From an uncultured delta proteobacterium (GTDB taxonomy: Bacteria > Desulfobacterota > Binatia > UBA9968), in contig CAWDPO010000045.1 of assembly GCA_963804165.1 (NCBI GenBank), positions 1 through 64,000 of the forward strand: a stretch of 64,000 nt of DNA. The letters run 5' to 3'. This document shows, in pieces, positions 21,354 through 32,361 of the stretch. The first letter of the stretch is position 1. Every line of letters starts with the position of its first letter. Below the pieces are notes generated by a model. The model worked only from the letters and a program-made list of their open reading frames with translations, was not told where the DNA came from and did not search any database. The position numbers and the translations under genes are program-made.

Positions 21354-22017
21354 TTGGTTTTGAGGAGAAAAACCCAATGAAAACCAAGGAATATGTCAGT
21401 TCTCGTCAAGACCCAAGGCACCGCTTTGGCCGCAAACGGACAATTTTGGGACCGAAAGCTGTCATGAGCGGAAAACTGAGACCAACTAAGCGCTATGCTT
21501 CTCGATGCTACGAAACGCGGCTGCCGGTGGGGCAGCGACAAAGACGTGGCGAAGCCAGCCGAGCTGCGGGATGTTAGCGCCCGCCCATACTCGAGGAAGT
21601 TCGGTATCGTGTTTTGATCAACCTTGCGCCGAACGGAACTATTAGGTCAGAGATCCGGGAAGAATTTTCATGTATGACCGCCTACTTCAGAATGCTATGG
21701 CCGATCGCGTCAATTCCCTGCTAGTGCGGTGAAACCGCAGATTCACCGGTATTGAGTCCTGAATCGCAATCCGCCGCTAGGGTGAGACCCTTGAGGCGTA
21801 CGCGATGGCATCGGCGACGCCAATGCCGCCTGACGATTAAGTGAATTCGACTGCACGAGAATGTCAAGAAAATCGCATCGTCATCTGGGCTCGTCGTAAA
21901 TTTATGTCCACCGATTGCGATGTCGTTGCGCATCCTTGTACAGCTTTGTTCTTCAACGGCAATGTTTGTCCGTGCTTCTCTTTGACGTTTTCCATCTTTT
22001 TCGAAGGCTTACGTTAC

Positions 22018-22033
22018 TGGCAAATATCTTGCT
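22018..22033 (+). promoter_or_regulatory. sigma54 -24/-12 promoter of the chemosensory cluster
   Basis: TGGCAAATATCTTGCT (GG-N10-GC, TTGC) about 100 bp upstream of the first gene. Confidence 0.6.
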
Positions 22034-22130
22034 CACCTCCTTTGACTCCAGGCCACGTCGGCACAACCTCGATCATTGTAGCAGGTCAATGCGCCGAAGG
22101 CCGTGAAGGATACAGAAAGGTAGTCGAACA

Positions 22131-22502
22131 ATGGCGTTCAGAAAAATTCTGTTGGTGGATGATTCCGAAACCATTCTGCAGATGGAACAGATGATTTTGG
22201 CGCCTGATTCCTATGAGCTCATTACGGCTCGGGACGGCGAGGAAGGCGTTGCGAAAGCGCTGGCAACCAAACCGGATCTCATCTTGATGGATGTTGTGAT
22301 GCCCAAAATGAACGGCTTCGAAGCGGTGAAACAGATTCGCAAAAACGAACAAACCCGCGCGGTTCCCATCGTCATGGTGACCAGCAAGGCGGAAGCGGAG
22401 AGCATGGAAACGGGCTATCAAAACGGCTGCAGTGATTACATCGTCAAGCCGATCGATCGCCTCGAGCTAGTGACCAAGATCAGGAACCTGCTGGGCGAAT
22501 AG
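22131..22502 (+). CDS. Single-domain response regulator (PilH/CheY-like)
   Basis: LLVDD, DVVMP phosphoacceptor, VT, KP. Confidence 0.9.
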   Translation: MAFRKILLVDDSETILQMEQMILAPDSYELITARDGEEGVAKALATKPDLILMDVVMPKMNGFEAVKQIRKNEQTRAVPIVMVTSKAEAESMETGYQNGCSDYIVKPIDRLELVTKIRNLLGE

Positions 22503-22518
22503 TTCGCGCGATCAGTCA

Positions 22519-23049
22519 TTGGTCTCATTGCTGACAAAACAAGTGGCAAAACAAAATATGGACTTGGGCGGCGCCACGGCACCCACCATTGGTGGTCTAC
22601 GGACAAATTATTATCTTCACCCGGGCCATATTTTCGTTTCCGCCGAAAGCCACGCTGTGACCACGATTCTTGGCTCTTGTGTTTCCGTGTGTCTTTGGGA
22701 TCCGATCTCGGAAATCGGCGGCATCAATCATTTCCTGCTTCCATTCGATATCAGCGACGGTCAAGCATCCGGGCGATTTGGCAATCTTGCCATGCGTGAG
22801 CTCATCGCCAAGCTTCTTGCAATCGGCGCCGAGCAAGACCAGTTGCAGGCAAAACTTTTTGGCGGCGCGTGCGTCCTGGAGGCGTTTCGCAACCGCGACC
22901 ACCATCTCGGAAGTCAAAACGTTGAGGTTGCACGCGAAATCCTGGCCGCGCTCGACCTGCCGATTATCAGCGAAGACGTCGAAGGCCGAAACGGTCGAAA
23001 GTTGATCTTTCACACGGACACCGGTTCGGCGTGGATCAAGCGCTTATAG
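22519..23049 (+). CDS. cheD: Chemoreceptor glutamine deamidase CheD
   Basis: TILGSCVSV, GGINHFLLP, AKLFGGA. Confidence 0.93.
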   Translation: MVSLLTKQVAKQNMDLGGATAPTIGGLRTNYYLHPGHIFVSAESHAVTTILGSCVSVCLWDPISEIGGINHFLLPFDISDGQASGRFGNLAMRELIAKLLAIGAEQDQLQAKLFGGACVLEAFRNRDHHLGSQNVEVAREILAALDLPIISEDVEGRNGRKLIFHTDTGSAWIKRL

Positions 23050-23058
23050 AAGACGGAT

Positions 23059-24768
23059 ATGGACATCGATTTTGCGGCGATCCTGCGAACCTTCGTGTCC
23101 GAATGTGAAGAGCATCTCGTTCGAATGGAAGAATCCTTGATCGCCCTGGAGACTGATCCCAACGATCAAAAGTCTCTCGAAGCGATATTCCGCGGCGCAC
23201 ACACCATCAAGGGGAACGCCGCGGGCCTAGGATATGTGAAGGTCGGCGAGTTTGCTCACTGCTTCGAAGAGCTACTTCAACATCTGCGCAATAAGCTTGT
23301 GCCGGTCACGAATGCAAGAATCACGCTATTGCTCCGCTCCGTCGACGCGCTTCGGAAAATGATTCCCGAAGCTATCGCCGGTACAGAAGAGCTCCGGCAA
23401 GAGCATCAAGTCTTGTTAAAAGAGTTGACCGACAATCACACTCTGCGGGCAGCGGATGAACCCACTGCGGTGCCGTTAAATACCCATCAACCAAGCGTGC
23501 GCTTCGGACGACGGCGCGAAGACTCCCCGACGCGAATGGAACGCGCGGATACCGTGCGAGTGGACATCCAGAAGCTTGATCACATGCTCAACCTAGCCGG
23601 TGAAATCGCCGTGGCCCACGGCCGGTTGCGTCAAGTGCTGGATACTCGATTTCATCAAATCTCCGAAGCTTCGGAAGCTCAGGCCCAGCTGGAACGGCTT
23701 TCCATGGATCTTCAGGAGCAAATCATGAAAGCGCGCATGGTGCCGCTCGGGCCGATTTTCCGCCAATACATTCGCATGGTCCGCGATATCGCTCAAATGA
23801 ACGGCAAAGTCGCACGACTGGCGATTGTTGGCGATGATGTCGAGATTGATCTAAGCATGGTTGAACAGCTAAAGGATCCGCTCACGCATATGATGCGCAA
23901 TGCCTTGGATCACGGAATTGAAATGCCCGAGACACGCCGCGCCCGCGGGAAAGACGCGTGCGGACTAATCACTCTGAAGGCGCTTCACGACGGCGCGAAC
24001 ATTGTCATTCAAGTCATCGACGACGGTGTCGGTTTGAACCGCGACCGGATCGCAGCGCAGGTGCGATCTTTGGGCCTTGCCGCGGATCCCGAGCAGTTCG
24101 CCGACCAAGAACTTTTCAAATTTATTTTCGAACCCGGGTTTTCGACCGCGGAAAGAATCAGTGATCTGTCGGGACGGGGCGTCGGCATGGACGTGGTACG
24201 GCGCAATATCGAGACCCTGCGCGGAACTCTCGGCGTTGAGAGCCGGCCTGGCGAAGGGACGACGATCACCATGCGTTTGCCATTAACCCTGGCCATCATT
24301 GATGGTTTTGGCGTTGGCATCGGTGAAGAGACCTATGTCCTGCCGCTGCACGCGGTTCTCGAGTGCATCGAATTACCGGAAGAAGAGCGCTGCAATGACA
24401 GAAGTCGAGGCGTGATCAATCTGCGCGGCGAGCCGTTACCGTACATCCGATTGCGCGACTGGTTCGGACTCTCGAACGCTCATCCGGTACGAGAGAATGT
24501 CGTGGTCATCGAAGTCGACGGAGTCAAAGCCGGACTCGCTGTTGATTCGCTTTATGGGGCTCGGCAAACCGTTATCAAACCGCTGGGCAAGCGATTCCAG
24601 GGATTGTCAGCGATTGCTGGCTCAGCCATTCTCGGCAATGGTCGTGTCGCGTTAATCCTGGATGTCCCCGGCTTGGTGCGGGAAGTTATCCGAATACAGG
24701 CACAAGGGCCGCCAGCAGAAAAAGACTCTCAAGGAGACTTCGCGTCGAGCCGGATGGTGACGGTGTAG
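23059..24768 (+). CDS. cheA: Chemotaxis histidine kinase CheA (apparently lacking P2)
   Basis: HTIKG Hpt motif, HMMRNALDHG, GFSTA, GRGVGMDVV, C-terminal CheW-like domain. Confidence 0.96.
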   Translation: MDIDFAAILRTFVSECEEHLVRMEESLIALETDPNDQKSLEAIFRGAHTIKGNAAGLGYVKVGEFAHCFEELLQHLRNKLVPVTNARITLLLRSVDALRKMIPEAIAGTEELRQEHQVLLKELTDNHTLRAADEPTAVPLNTHQPSVRFGRRREDSPTRMERADTVRVDIQKLDHMLNLAGEIAVAHGRLRQVLDTRFHQISEASEAQAQLERLSMDLQEQIMKARMVPLGPIFRQYIRMVRDIAQMNGKVARLAIVGDDVEIDLSMVEQLKDPLTHMMRNALDHGIEMPETRRARGKDACGLITLKALHDGANIVIQVIDDGVGLNRDRIAAQVRSLGLAADPEQFADQELFKFIFEPGFSTAERISDLSGRGVGMDVVRRNIETLRGTLGVESRPGEGTTITMRLPLTLAIIDGFGVGIGEETYVLPLHAVLECIELPEEERCNDRSRGVINLRGEPLPYIRLRDWFGLSNAHPVRENVVVIEVDGVKAGLAVDSLYGARQTVIKPLGKRFQGLSAIAGSAILGNGRVALILDVPGLVREVIRIQAQGPPAEKDSQGDFASSRMVTV

Positions 24769-24793
24769 GCGGCGCGATTGACGGAGAAAATTC

Positions 24794-25321
24794 ATGGATG
24801 CGAAGCAACACTCAAACTCAACTGAAGAGACGCAATACTTGACGTTTCATTTGGCCAGCGAAGAGTATGCCGTCGGAATCCTGCGAGTGAAGGAAATCAT
24901 CCCGTACGGCGCGCTCACAAAAGTTCCGCAAACGCCTCCTGCCATCCGCGGTGTGATCAATCTGCGCGGCAGTGTCGTGCCCGTGGTGGACTTGGCCCTT
25001 AAGTTCGGTCTCAGCGCCAGTTCAGTAACCTCACGAACGTGCATCGTTATCGTCGAGGTAAACTTAGATGGAGAGCAAACCATCATGGGCATCATGGCGG
25101 ATTCCGTCAGCCAGGTGATAGAATTTTCTGCCGACGACATCCTGCCTGCTCCCCCGTTCGGGACTCGCGTAAGCATGAGTTTTCTCAGTGGTATGGGTAA
25201 GGCAGGCAACAAGTTCGTACTCGTTTTGGATATCGACAAGGTGCTTTCCGCCGCGGAATTGGGCAATTTGGCGCCGCAATCAGCGATGGCTACAAGTCCC
25301 GCTGAGATCTCGACCGATTGA
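24794..25321 (+). CDS. cheW: CheW
   Basis: GVINLRG.VVPVVDL, LDIDKVL. Confidence 0.95.
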   Translation: MDAKQHSNSTEETQYLTFHLASEEYAVGILRVKEIIPYGALTKVPQTPPAIRGVINLRGSVVPVVDLALKFGLSASSVTSRTCIVIVEVNLDGEQTIMGIMADSVSQVIEFSADDILPAPPFGTRVSMSFLSGMGKAGNKFVLVLDIDKVLSAAELGNLAPQSAMATSPAEISTD

Positions 25322-25382
25322 GTGAAAGTCTGAAGGCGACAATGCACGAACGGCGTGGCACCAGCCGGACAAGGAGACGAAA

Positions 25383-26642
25383 ATGCTCAGAGCGATGAGA
25401 CACCTCAAGATGAGAGGAAAACTCGCTCTCCTCTGCGGATTCTTTACCGGCGGCTACGCGTTGTTGGGGGTGCTTCTGTACAGGGCACTGTCAGCGCCGG
25501 CAGCGTCCGCGCCTGCCGTTTCTCTAAACCTCACGCTGATCCTCGGCGCTGTGATCGTCGTTACTGGAATTTCATTCGGCATTTATTTGGCTAGGAGCAT
25601 CGCCCATCCGCTCGAAAGATTTGCAGCCAAACTCGAAGATATCAATATTGGGAGCTCCGGACTGATCCACTGGGATGAAGCCAAAGATCGCGGCGACGAG
25701 ATTGGTGACGTAGCGCGCTCATTCAACCGGTTCATTACGACTTTGAGCGAAGTTATCACCCAGGTGCGATCGGTGACCGATACAGTTTCGGAGGCCTCCA
25801 GTCAGGTCTCCTCGTCGGCGCAATTGTTGTCGCACGGGACGAGCGAGCAAGCTGCCTCAGTTGAAGAAACCAGCGCTAGTCTGGAGCAGATGCACGCATC
25901 AATCACACAGAACGCGGAGAACAGCCGACAGATGGAACAAATGGCTCAAAAGGGCGCGACAGACGTCGAGCAAAGCGGCAAAGCCGTCGCCGAGTCTGTT
26001 GACGCCATGAAAACCATCGCCGAGAAAATTTCCATCATCGAGGAGATCGCGTACCAGACCAATTTGTTAGCTCTGAACGCCGCCATTGAAGCGGCCAGGG
26101 CGGGTGATCACGGCAAAGGCTTTGCCGTGGTGGCCACGGAAGTAAGAAAGCTAGCGGAGCGGAGTCAAAATGCAGCTCAAGAGATCAGCAGTGTGGCATC
26201 TTCGAGTGTTAGGGTCGCTGAAAGGGCCGGCCACATGCTCACAGAGTTGGTTCCCGCGATCCGTAAAACGGCGGAGCTAGTTCAAGAAGTCGCCACTGCC
26301 TCCAGAGAACAGTCGGCCGGGGTGGGGCAAGTGAACCGAGCCATGAACCAAGTCGATCAGGTGACTCAGAGAAATGCGGCCGCCGCCGAAGAACTATCGA
26401 GCACGGCGGACGGGATGTCCACTCAAGCCGAACACTTGCAACAGCTCATGAGCGTGTTCCGGGTAGACGGCAAGCCAGCGCGCGACCCGTCTTTGCGGTC
26501 GGCGCCAACCCGCACTGCGATAACCCAGGCCGACTTGAGTCCGCTGAAATCAACGATGCCATCGGCGCGTCCTCGATCGCTCAAGACGGGCAATGGCTTA
26601 GCTGACAAAAGTTACGAGGATCCATATTTCCGGCGATTCTAG
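25383..26642 (+). CDS. Methyl-accepting chemotaxis protein with no periplasmic ligand-binding domain
   Basis: Two closely spaced TM helices, HAMP (DEIG), [18 protein letters not shown]-terminal YFRRF. Confidence 0.93.
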   Translation: MLRAMRHLKMRGKLALLCGFFTGGYALLGVLLYRALSAPAASAPAVSLNLTLILGAVIVVTGISFGIYLARSIAHPLERFAAKLEDINIGSSGLIHWDEAKDRGDEIGDVARSFNRFITTLSEVITQVRSVTDTVSEASSQVSSSAQLLSHGTSEQAASVEETSASLEQMHASITQNAENSRQMEQMAQKGATDVEQSGKAVAESVDAMKTIAEKISIIEEIAYQTNLLALNAAIEAARAGDHGKGFAVVATEVRKLAERSQNAAQEISSVASSSVRVAERAGHMLTELVPAIRKTAELVQEVATASREQSAGVGQVNRAMNQVDQVTQRNAAAAEELSSTADGMSTQAEHLQQLMSVFRVDGKPARDPSLRSAPTRTAITQADLSPLKSTMPSARPRSLKTGNGLADKSYEDPYFRRF

Positions 26643-26746
26643 CGGATCGAGAAGTCATCGAATAATCAAAGACCCCATTGCCATACGAATCGGCACGCTT
26701 GGCTTTAGCGCCACCTATGACCGCATCCGATCGTTGAACTAGAGGG

Positions 26747-28405
26747 ATGATGATGAAACTGATTCAAAACAGTTTAAGGCTCAAGATCGCCGCCGCGATT
26801 GCCGGCCTTTTGGTTTTGGTAATTGGCGCCGGCATGGGGATCAATATCACGTATTTCACCAGCGAGTATCTTCATTGGCTCGAGGGACGTTCCGAGATAA
26901 TCGCCAAGCCATTAAAGGATCGCGTGAGGGATGTGTTATCCCAAGTCGGTTACAACCCCGCGACCTTCGTCGTGTTAAAAGGCGACGCGGCGCTGTTGTT
27001 AAAAGAGAATCCGGAGCTCTCCCATGTTGCCCTCTATGATACGCAGGGTAGGTTGGTGTTCCATAGCGATCCAGAGCAGGAAAAGAAACAACAAGTGAAT
27101 AGTCAGGTCCAGCAGATGATTCAACGGCGCGATGGGAAAACTGCAACTCTTTATTTCGATGAAAACTATCATGTCCTTCAGCCGGTGATTCACCAAAAGG
27201 GTACGCTTTACGTTGCCATCGGGTCGCGGGGAGCCATTGTCCAAGCCACGCGCTCAAGGATCATCGCCACCTTCCTTCTTTTAGCCGTCATTTCCCTCGC
27301 GGTGGCCGGAGCCGGCTCCTACATCGTCATTCAACGTTGGGTCACTACGCCAATCAACGATCTGACTTCGGTGGCTCAAGCGGTCGCCGCAGGTGACTTG
27401 ACCGGAGCCGTGAATAGCCACAACGATGATGAGATCGGCAAGATGGAAGGGGCTTTTTCGCAAATGATCGTGGGACTGCAAGGTTTGGTGGGACAGGTTA
27501 AATCTGCCGCCGATACGGTCTATTGTGCGGCGAGTCAGGTTTCCGTCTCGGCGCAAGTTTTTTCTCGCGGCACGAGTGAACAAGCCGCCTCGGTTGAAGA
27601 AACCACCACCAGCTTGGAACAGATGAATGCTTCCATTAGGCAGAACGCCGCCAACTCGCGCCAGATGGAACAAATGGCGCTCAACGGCGCCAAGGATGTA
27701 GAAGAATCCGGCAAGGCCGTTACGGAGTCGGCCAATGCCATGAAAACCATCGCAGAAAAAATCTCCATCATCGAGGAGATCGCCTATCAAACCAATCTTC
27801 TCGCTCTCAACGCCGCCATCGAAGCCGCCCGGGCCGGCGAACACGGCAAAGGCTTTGCCGTGGTGGCCACGGAAGTGAGAAAGCTCGCCGAGCGCAGCCA
27901 AATTGCCGCCCAAGAAATCAGCTCTCTCACCTCTTCCAGTGTCCGGGTGGCCGAACGCTCGGGAGAACTCCTAAAAGAGCTAGTCCCGTCGATCAGAAAG
28001 ACCGCGGAACTAGTTCAGGAAGTGGCAACGGCTTCCCGAGAACAGGCGGGGGGAGTCGCCCAGGTGAACAAGGCGATGACTCAGGTCGATCAGGTGACTC
28101 AGAGAAATGCGGCCGCCGCCGAGGAACTTTCCAGCACCGCGGAGGGGATGGCTACTCAAGCCGAACACCTTCAACAGCTGATGAGTGTGTTCCGGATAAA
28201 GACAGCGGATCAAGAGCAATCAGCATCTCAGCGCGGCCAAATGCGCGGACCGGCCCTCACCGAGACGAATGAAACTCAACGCCGGGGCGCAGCCGCGATA
28301 CGTGAGGTAACCCATGGGGTGGAAAACAACGATCCGCGCCAAAGAGTCTTGGCTGCCGAAACCGGAAGTCTGAACGCGGTGGCCCCGCTCCGAAGAGAAT
28401 TATGA
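26747..28405 (+). CDS. Methyl-accepting chemotaxis protein
   Basis: TM-periplasmic domain-TM-HAMP-signalling domain; no C-terminal pentapeptide. Confidence 0.94.
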   Translation: MMMKLIQNSLRLKIAAAIAGLLVLVIGAGMGINITYFTSEYLHWLEGRSEIIAKPLKDRVRDVLSQVGYNPATFVVLKGDAALLLKENPELSHVALYDTQGRLVFHSDPEQEKKQQVNSQVQQMIQRRDGKTATLYFDENYHVLQPVIHQKGTLYVAIGSRGAIVQATRSRIIATFLLLAVISLAVAGAGSYIVIQRWVTTPINDLTSVAQAVAAGDLTGAVNSHNDDEIGKMEGAFSQMIVGLQGLVGQVKSAADTVYCAASQVSVSAQVFSRGTSEQAASVEETTTSLEQMNASIRQNAANSRQMEQMALNGAKDVEESGKAVTESANAMKTIAEKISIIEEIAYQTNLLALNAAIEAARAGEHGKGFAVVATEVRKLAERSQIAAQEISSLTSSSVRVAERSGELLKELVPSIRKTAELVQEVATASREQAGGVAQVNKAMTQVDQVTQRNAAAAEELSSTAEGMATQAEHLQQLMSVFRIKTADQEQSASQRGQMRGPALTETNETQRRGAAAIREVTHGVENNDPRQRVLAAETGSLNAVAPLRREL

Positions 28406-28807
28406 GCCGATCACGATTTTTCAGGTACGCCGATTGAAAAGTTTTCGCCGCTGATAACAATCTCATCGAAACGCTGCAATCAAATGTCATCGCTGGCCTA
28501 ACTTCCACAGGCCCGGCCAGCATTCTCAAGCAAAAAAGATCGTCGATGACGCGACGCCCAGAGACGGCGCCGGACCCATCATTTCGGCCTTGTAATAAAG
28601 TCGCATGGCCGTTTCCTAAAATTATAGTCGAAATAAGCTTTTCGGCGTATTCACTCCACAAGGAATCACCTTTTTTCGGCAAATCGGCAAACAATCGATC
28701 CTTCGACGGGCTGTTCCGGCACAATGGGTAATCAACTTTCTGGCAATACTCTTAGATTACCTGGCTGAGAAATAGCGGCGCGGTGCAATGTACCGATGCT
28801 CGATCCT

Positions 28808-28823
28808 CGGAACGGAACTTGCT
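28808..28823 (+). promoter_or_regulatory. Possible internal sigma54 promoter
   Basis: CGGAACGGAACTTGCT (GG-N10-GC) in the 600-bp gap before the PstS-like gene. Confidence 0.4.
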
Positions 28824-29015
28824 GTTACCAGCGCAGTTGCAGAACGTGATGGGCGACTGAGTGAAAGAGATTCTTCAAAAGGCGTGAAATTCCCCTAACC
28901 TGCCATCACCTTCGTGGGTCACGAGTCGAATCAGCCAATGCCCAGGCTGGTAGATGGGCCGCGGTATTACATAATTGGAAGACTTAGGAAAATTATGAAC
29001 GGAGAAGGGAGTAAG

Positions 29016-29828
29016 ATGAACATGAGGACACAAGTTATCGCAATCTTGATGCTGTTTTTCACCTTCGCCTCCAGTTCAGCACAAGAAAAGATTGTTGTCG
29101 GCGGTTCGGGATCGCTTAACGAAGAGGTTGCCGATCTGGCCAAGGCGTACATGGCGAAAAATTCCGGCGACGCCGTCGAAGTGCGGCCGGAATCTATGAG
29201 TACCGAAGGCGGGCTCGAAGGGGTACGCATGGGGCGCCTCCACATCGGTTTAATTTCCCGTCCTCTGGCACCAAGTGAGAAGGGAAAACTCGTCTATTTT
29301 CCGATCGCACGATCCATGGCCGGGGTCGTGTTCCACAAATCGATTTCGGTGAGCAATCTCACCGAACCTCAGATCTGCGATATTTTCAGCGGCAAGCTCA
29401 AATCGTGGAAAGACGTCGGCGGCAGCGATGCCAAGATCACGGTTTTGACGCGTAAAAAAGACGATAACAATACCGAAACGTTTCGCGAAAAAATGTCGTG
29501 CTTTAGAGACTTGGTCATTACTGCCGACGCCATCCCGTTAGTCCGCGGCAGTGAAGTCTTAGCGGCGCTCGACAAGCGTCCCGGAACAATAGCAATTGCC
29601 AATTTAGGGTCAAGTTTTAGGGACCTGGAACACATCAAAGCTGCGGCCATCAATGGCATTACGCCGACGCCTGAAACGGCGCGGGCCGAGAAATACCGAT
29701 ACTTTAACGAGCGCGGTCTGGTCACTCATGGAGAACCGCAGGGCCTCACGAAGCGATTTATTGATTTCATGGCCACGTCTGAAGGTCGCAAAATTATCGG
29801 CTCGCAGGGCGCGATCCCGGTCCGATAG
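29016..29828 (+). CDS. PstS-like periplasmic substrate-binding protein
   Basis: Signal peptide, VGGSGS, IGLISRPL, IFSGKLKSWKDVGG, FIDF. Confidence 0.82.
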   Translation: MNMRTQVIAILMLFFTFASSSAQEKIVVGGSGSLNEEVADLAKAYMAKNSGDAVEVRPESMSTEGGLEGVRMGRLHIGLISRPLAPSEKGKLVYFPIARSMAGVVFHKSISVSNLTEPQICDIFSGKLKSWKDVGGSDAKITVLTRKKDDNNTETFREKMSCFRDLVITADAIPLVRGSEVLAALDKRPGTIAIANLGSSFRDLEHIKAAAINGITPTPETARAEKYRYFNERGLVTHGEPQGLTKRFIDFMATSEGRKIIGSQGAIPVR

Positions 29829-29848
29829 CAACGTAGGAACGGTAGAAT

Positions 29849-31417
29849 ATGAGGGAGTTCTTTTCAAAAATCGCCGGCGGAAGTTGGAACAACCGACTGA
29901 CCATTCGTTTTAGCGTGGTGATTGGTCTCGCTTTGCTGCTTATGTCCTCCCTGGCCACCTTGGTTAGTGTCCAATTCGAGCACCATTCCTTAGTTAAACG
30001 CCTCGATGATCAGGCGATCCGCTTTGCCGATATCTTCGCCGCAAACGTCGCCACTTCGCTGTTCACTTTCAATCAAGCAAATATTGACGCCGTCGTTGCC
30101 GGTTTTGGCAGCGATCAAACAATTCGATTTCTCGAAGTACGAGATACTTCCGGAAAAGTCATCGCGGTCAAAGGAACGAATCAAAACCCGGACAAAGTTG
30201 TTACCGCAACGCGCGCTGTGAATTACTCGAAGGAGCCGGTCGGAAAGGTATCCGTATCGCTGTCCACCGAATCAGTGGAAGCATCGGTACGCCGGTATTG
30301 GTGGCACTCTATCATTCGAGAAGGACTGGGACTGTTGCTGGTCTCGGTAGTGCTGACCGCTTTAGTGCGTCGTGAGGTATCCCGACCCATTCAACAAGTG
30401 GCGAATGGTTTGCGCGACATCGCGTGTGGCGAAGGCGATCTTACCAAACGGATTGAACACGCCTCCCGGAATGAGATCGGCGCGATGGCGCAGTGGTTCA
30501 ACGAATTTGCCGATAAGCTGTCCCTCATCATTGTTCAGGTCAGGGAGGCCACCAATGCGGTCTCGGCCGCAGCGACGCAGGTATCATCGTCGGCGCAAGA
30601 TTTGTCTCGGGGAACCAGCGAGCAGGCGGCTTCGGTCGAGGAAACAACCGCAAGTCTCGAAGAGATGCACGCCTCGATCACGAAAAACGCGGATAATTCG
30701 CGCCAGATGGAACAAACCGCTCTCAAGGGAGCCCATGACGTAGAGGAGTCCAGCAAGGCTGTTGCCGAGTCGGTAGACGCCATGAAAACCATCGCCGAGA
30801 AAATTTCCATCATCGAGGAAATCGCCTACCAGACCAACCTACTCGCGCTCAATGCAGCGATCGAAGCCGCTCGCGCGGGTGAACACGGCAAAGGCTTTGC
30901 CGTCGTCGCTACCGAAGTCCGGAAGCTTGCCGAGCGGAGTCAAAACGCCGCGCAAGAAATTAACGCCTTGACGGAGTCCAGCGTGCGCGTCGCCGAGCGC
31001 TCCGGTGAACTTTTGAAAGATTTAGTACCCGCCATTCGCAAGACCGCAGAGCTCGTTCAAGACGTCGCCACCGCTTCCAAAGAGCAAGCCGCCGGTGTCG
31101 CGCAGGTCAACCGCGCGATGATCCAGGTGGACCAAGTAACTCAACGGAACGCCTCGGCCGCAGAAGAGCTCTCCAGCACCGCTGAAGAAATGGCCTCCCA
31201 GGCCGATAGTCTTCAGCAACTTATGGCGCTTTTTCGAACCACGACTTCGAACGGTTCACAACAAGCTGCCGCCCCGAAAAGACCCCGGGAAAATGTGCAG
31301 CGTCGCGTGCCCACAGCGAATTTTAGACTCCCGGTACAGAAACGAGCTTCAGAGTTAAAAATGAACGGAACGGCGTATCCACCTTTAAACGAGGATCAGG
31401 AATTCAAGCGCTTTTAG
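29849..31417 (+). CDS. Methyl-accepting chemotaxis protein
   Basis: TM-small periplasmic domain-TM-HAMP-signalling domain, C-terminal EFKRF. Confidence 0.94.
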   Translation: MREFFSKIAGGSWNNRLTIRFSVVIGLALLLMSSLATLVSVQFEHHSLVKRLDDQAIRFADIFAANVATSLFTFNQANIDAVVAGFGSDQTIRFLEVRDTSGKVIAVKGTNQNPDKVVTATRAVNYSKEPVGKVSVSLSTESVEASVRRYWWHSIIREGLGLLLVSVVLTALVRREVSRPIQQVANGLRDIACGEGDLTKRIEHASRNEIGAMAQWFNEFADKLSLIIVQVREATNAVSAAATQVSSSAQDLSRGTSEQAASVEETTASLEEMHASITKNADNSRQMEQTALKGAHDVEESSKAVAESVDAMKTIAEKISIIEEIAYQTNLLALNAAIEAARAGEHGKGFAVVATEVRKLAERSQNAAQEINALTESSVRVAERSGELLKDLVPAIRKTAELVQDVATASKEQAAGVAQVNRAMIQVDQVTQRNASAAEELSSTAEEMASQADSLQQLMALFRTTTSNGSQQAAAPKRPRENVQRRVPTANFRLPVQKRASELKMNGTAYPPLNEDQEFKRF

Positions 31418-31459
31418 ATGGTCGTCGAGGCAAGAGACTGGGATTGATTCGTTAGGCCC

Positions 31460-32356
31460 ATGAAATCCATGTCCGACCGTGAGTTTAACTTGTATCGTAA
31501 GCTCATTTACAGCAGAGCTGGGATTTGTTTGAGCTCGCCTAAGAAAGCTCTATTGGAAGCGCGGCTCGGCCGCCGATTGCGAGAATTGGGTCTTGAGTCA
31601 TATCTCGCCTACTACCAATACGTCACGGAAGATCCCAGCGAAAGCGAACTTGTCCGGTTGTTGGACCGCGTTTCTACGAATGAGACTCATTTCTTTCGGG
31701 AACCCAGGCAATTTGATTTTCTCGAACAAAAGATCTTACCCAATTGGGTGATGCAGGCTGACCGCGGGCTGCGTCCGCAGCAGGTCCGGGTCTGGAGCGC
31801 CGGTTGCTCGACCGGTGAAGAGCCCTACTCGTTGGCGATGATGTTCTTAGACCATCTTCCACTCGAACGTGGGTGGGAGATAGAGATCATCGGAACCGAC
31901 CTTTCGTCGCGCGCAATCGAGTCGGCGCAAAGAGCCATTTGGCCGATCGCGAAAGCGAAGGAGATACCCGAGAAGTATCTCAAGCGCTTCATGCTTAAGG
32001 GTGTTGGTTCGCAAGCGGCAAGCATGAAAGCCGGGCCGGAAATCCGTGCGATCGTGTGCCTGGAAAATCTCAATTTAAATGACGAACATTATCCCGTCGC
32101 GGGGATCTTCGACCTGATCTTGTGCCGCAACGTGCTCATCTATTTTGACGCAGAGTCGCGGGCACGCGTCATTCGTCGCCTGCAAAATCACCTCGCGCCC
32201 GGCGGTTACTTGTTCGTCGGCCACGCCGAGAGCTTGAACGGTGTCAGCGAACAACTGCGCCATGTCATCCCAACGGTCTATCATCAGGTTGCCGTAGACA
32301 AGCTCTCTCCTGCCGGGTCCGCCGCGCCGTCTTTGGAGACGGGCGCGGTTCGCTAA
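31460..32356 (+). CDS. cheR: Chemotaxis methyltransferase CheR
   Basis: TNETHFFRE, WSAGCSTGEEPYS, CRNVLIYF. Confidence 0.96.
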   Translation: MKSMSDREFNLYRKLIYSRAGICLSSPKKALLEARLGRRLRELGLESYLAYYQYVTEDPSESELVRLLDRVSTNETHFFREPRQFDFLEQKILPNWVMQADRGLRPQQVRVWSAGCSTGEEPYSLAMMFLDHLPLERGWEIEIIGTDLSSRAIESAQRAIWPIAKAKEIPEKYLKRFMLKGVGSQAASMKAGPEIRAIVCLENLNLNDEHYPVAGIFDLILCRNVLIYFDAESRARVIRRLQNHLAPGGYLFVGHAESLNGVSEQLRHVIPTVYHQVAVDKLSPAGSAAPSLETGAVR

Positions 32357-32361
32357 CCCCT

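Noticed and set aside
21725-21791. Two small hairpins (TGCGGTGAAACCGCA, AGGGTGAGACCCT) upstream of the che cluster as a possible c-di-GMP riboswitch
   Set aside because: They lack the conserved motifs of c-di-GMP-I/II riboswitches and lie upstream of the predicted sigma54 promoter; an Rfam/Infernal scan would settle it.
28403-28501. Possible UGA readthrough at the end of MCP2
   Set aside because: No conserved Cys position, no clear SECIS-like hairpin, and the extension is not recognisable.
25850-31220. Near-identical DNA stretches repeated three times
   Set aside because: Explained by the conserved signalling domains of three MCP paralogs; not a DGR TR/VR pair or a repeat array, and no reverse transcriptase is present.
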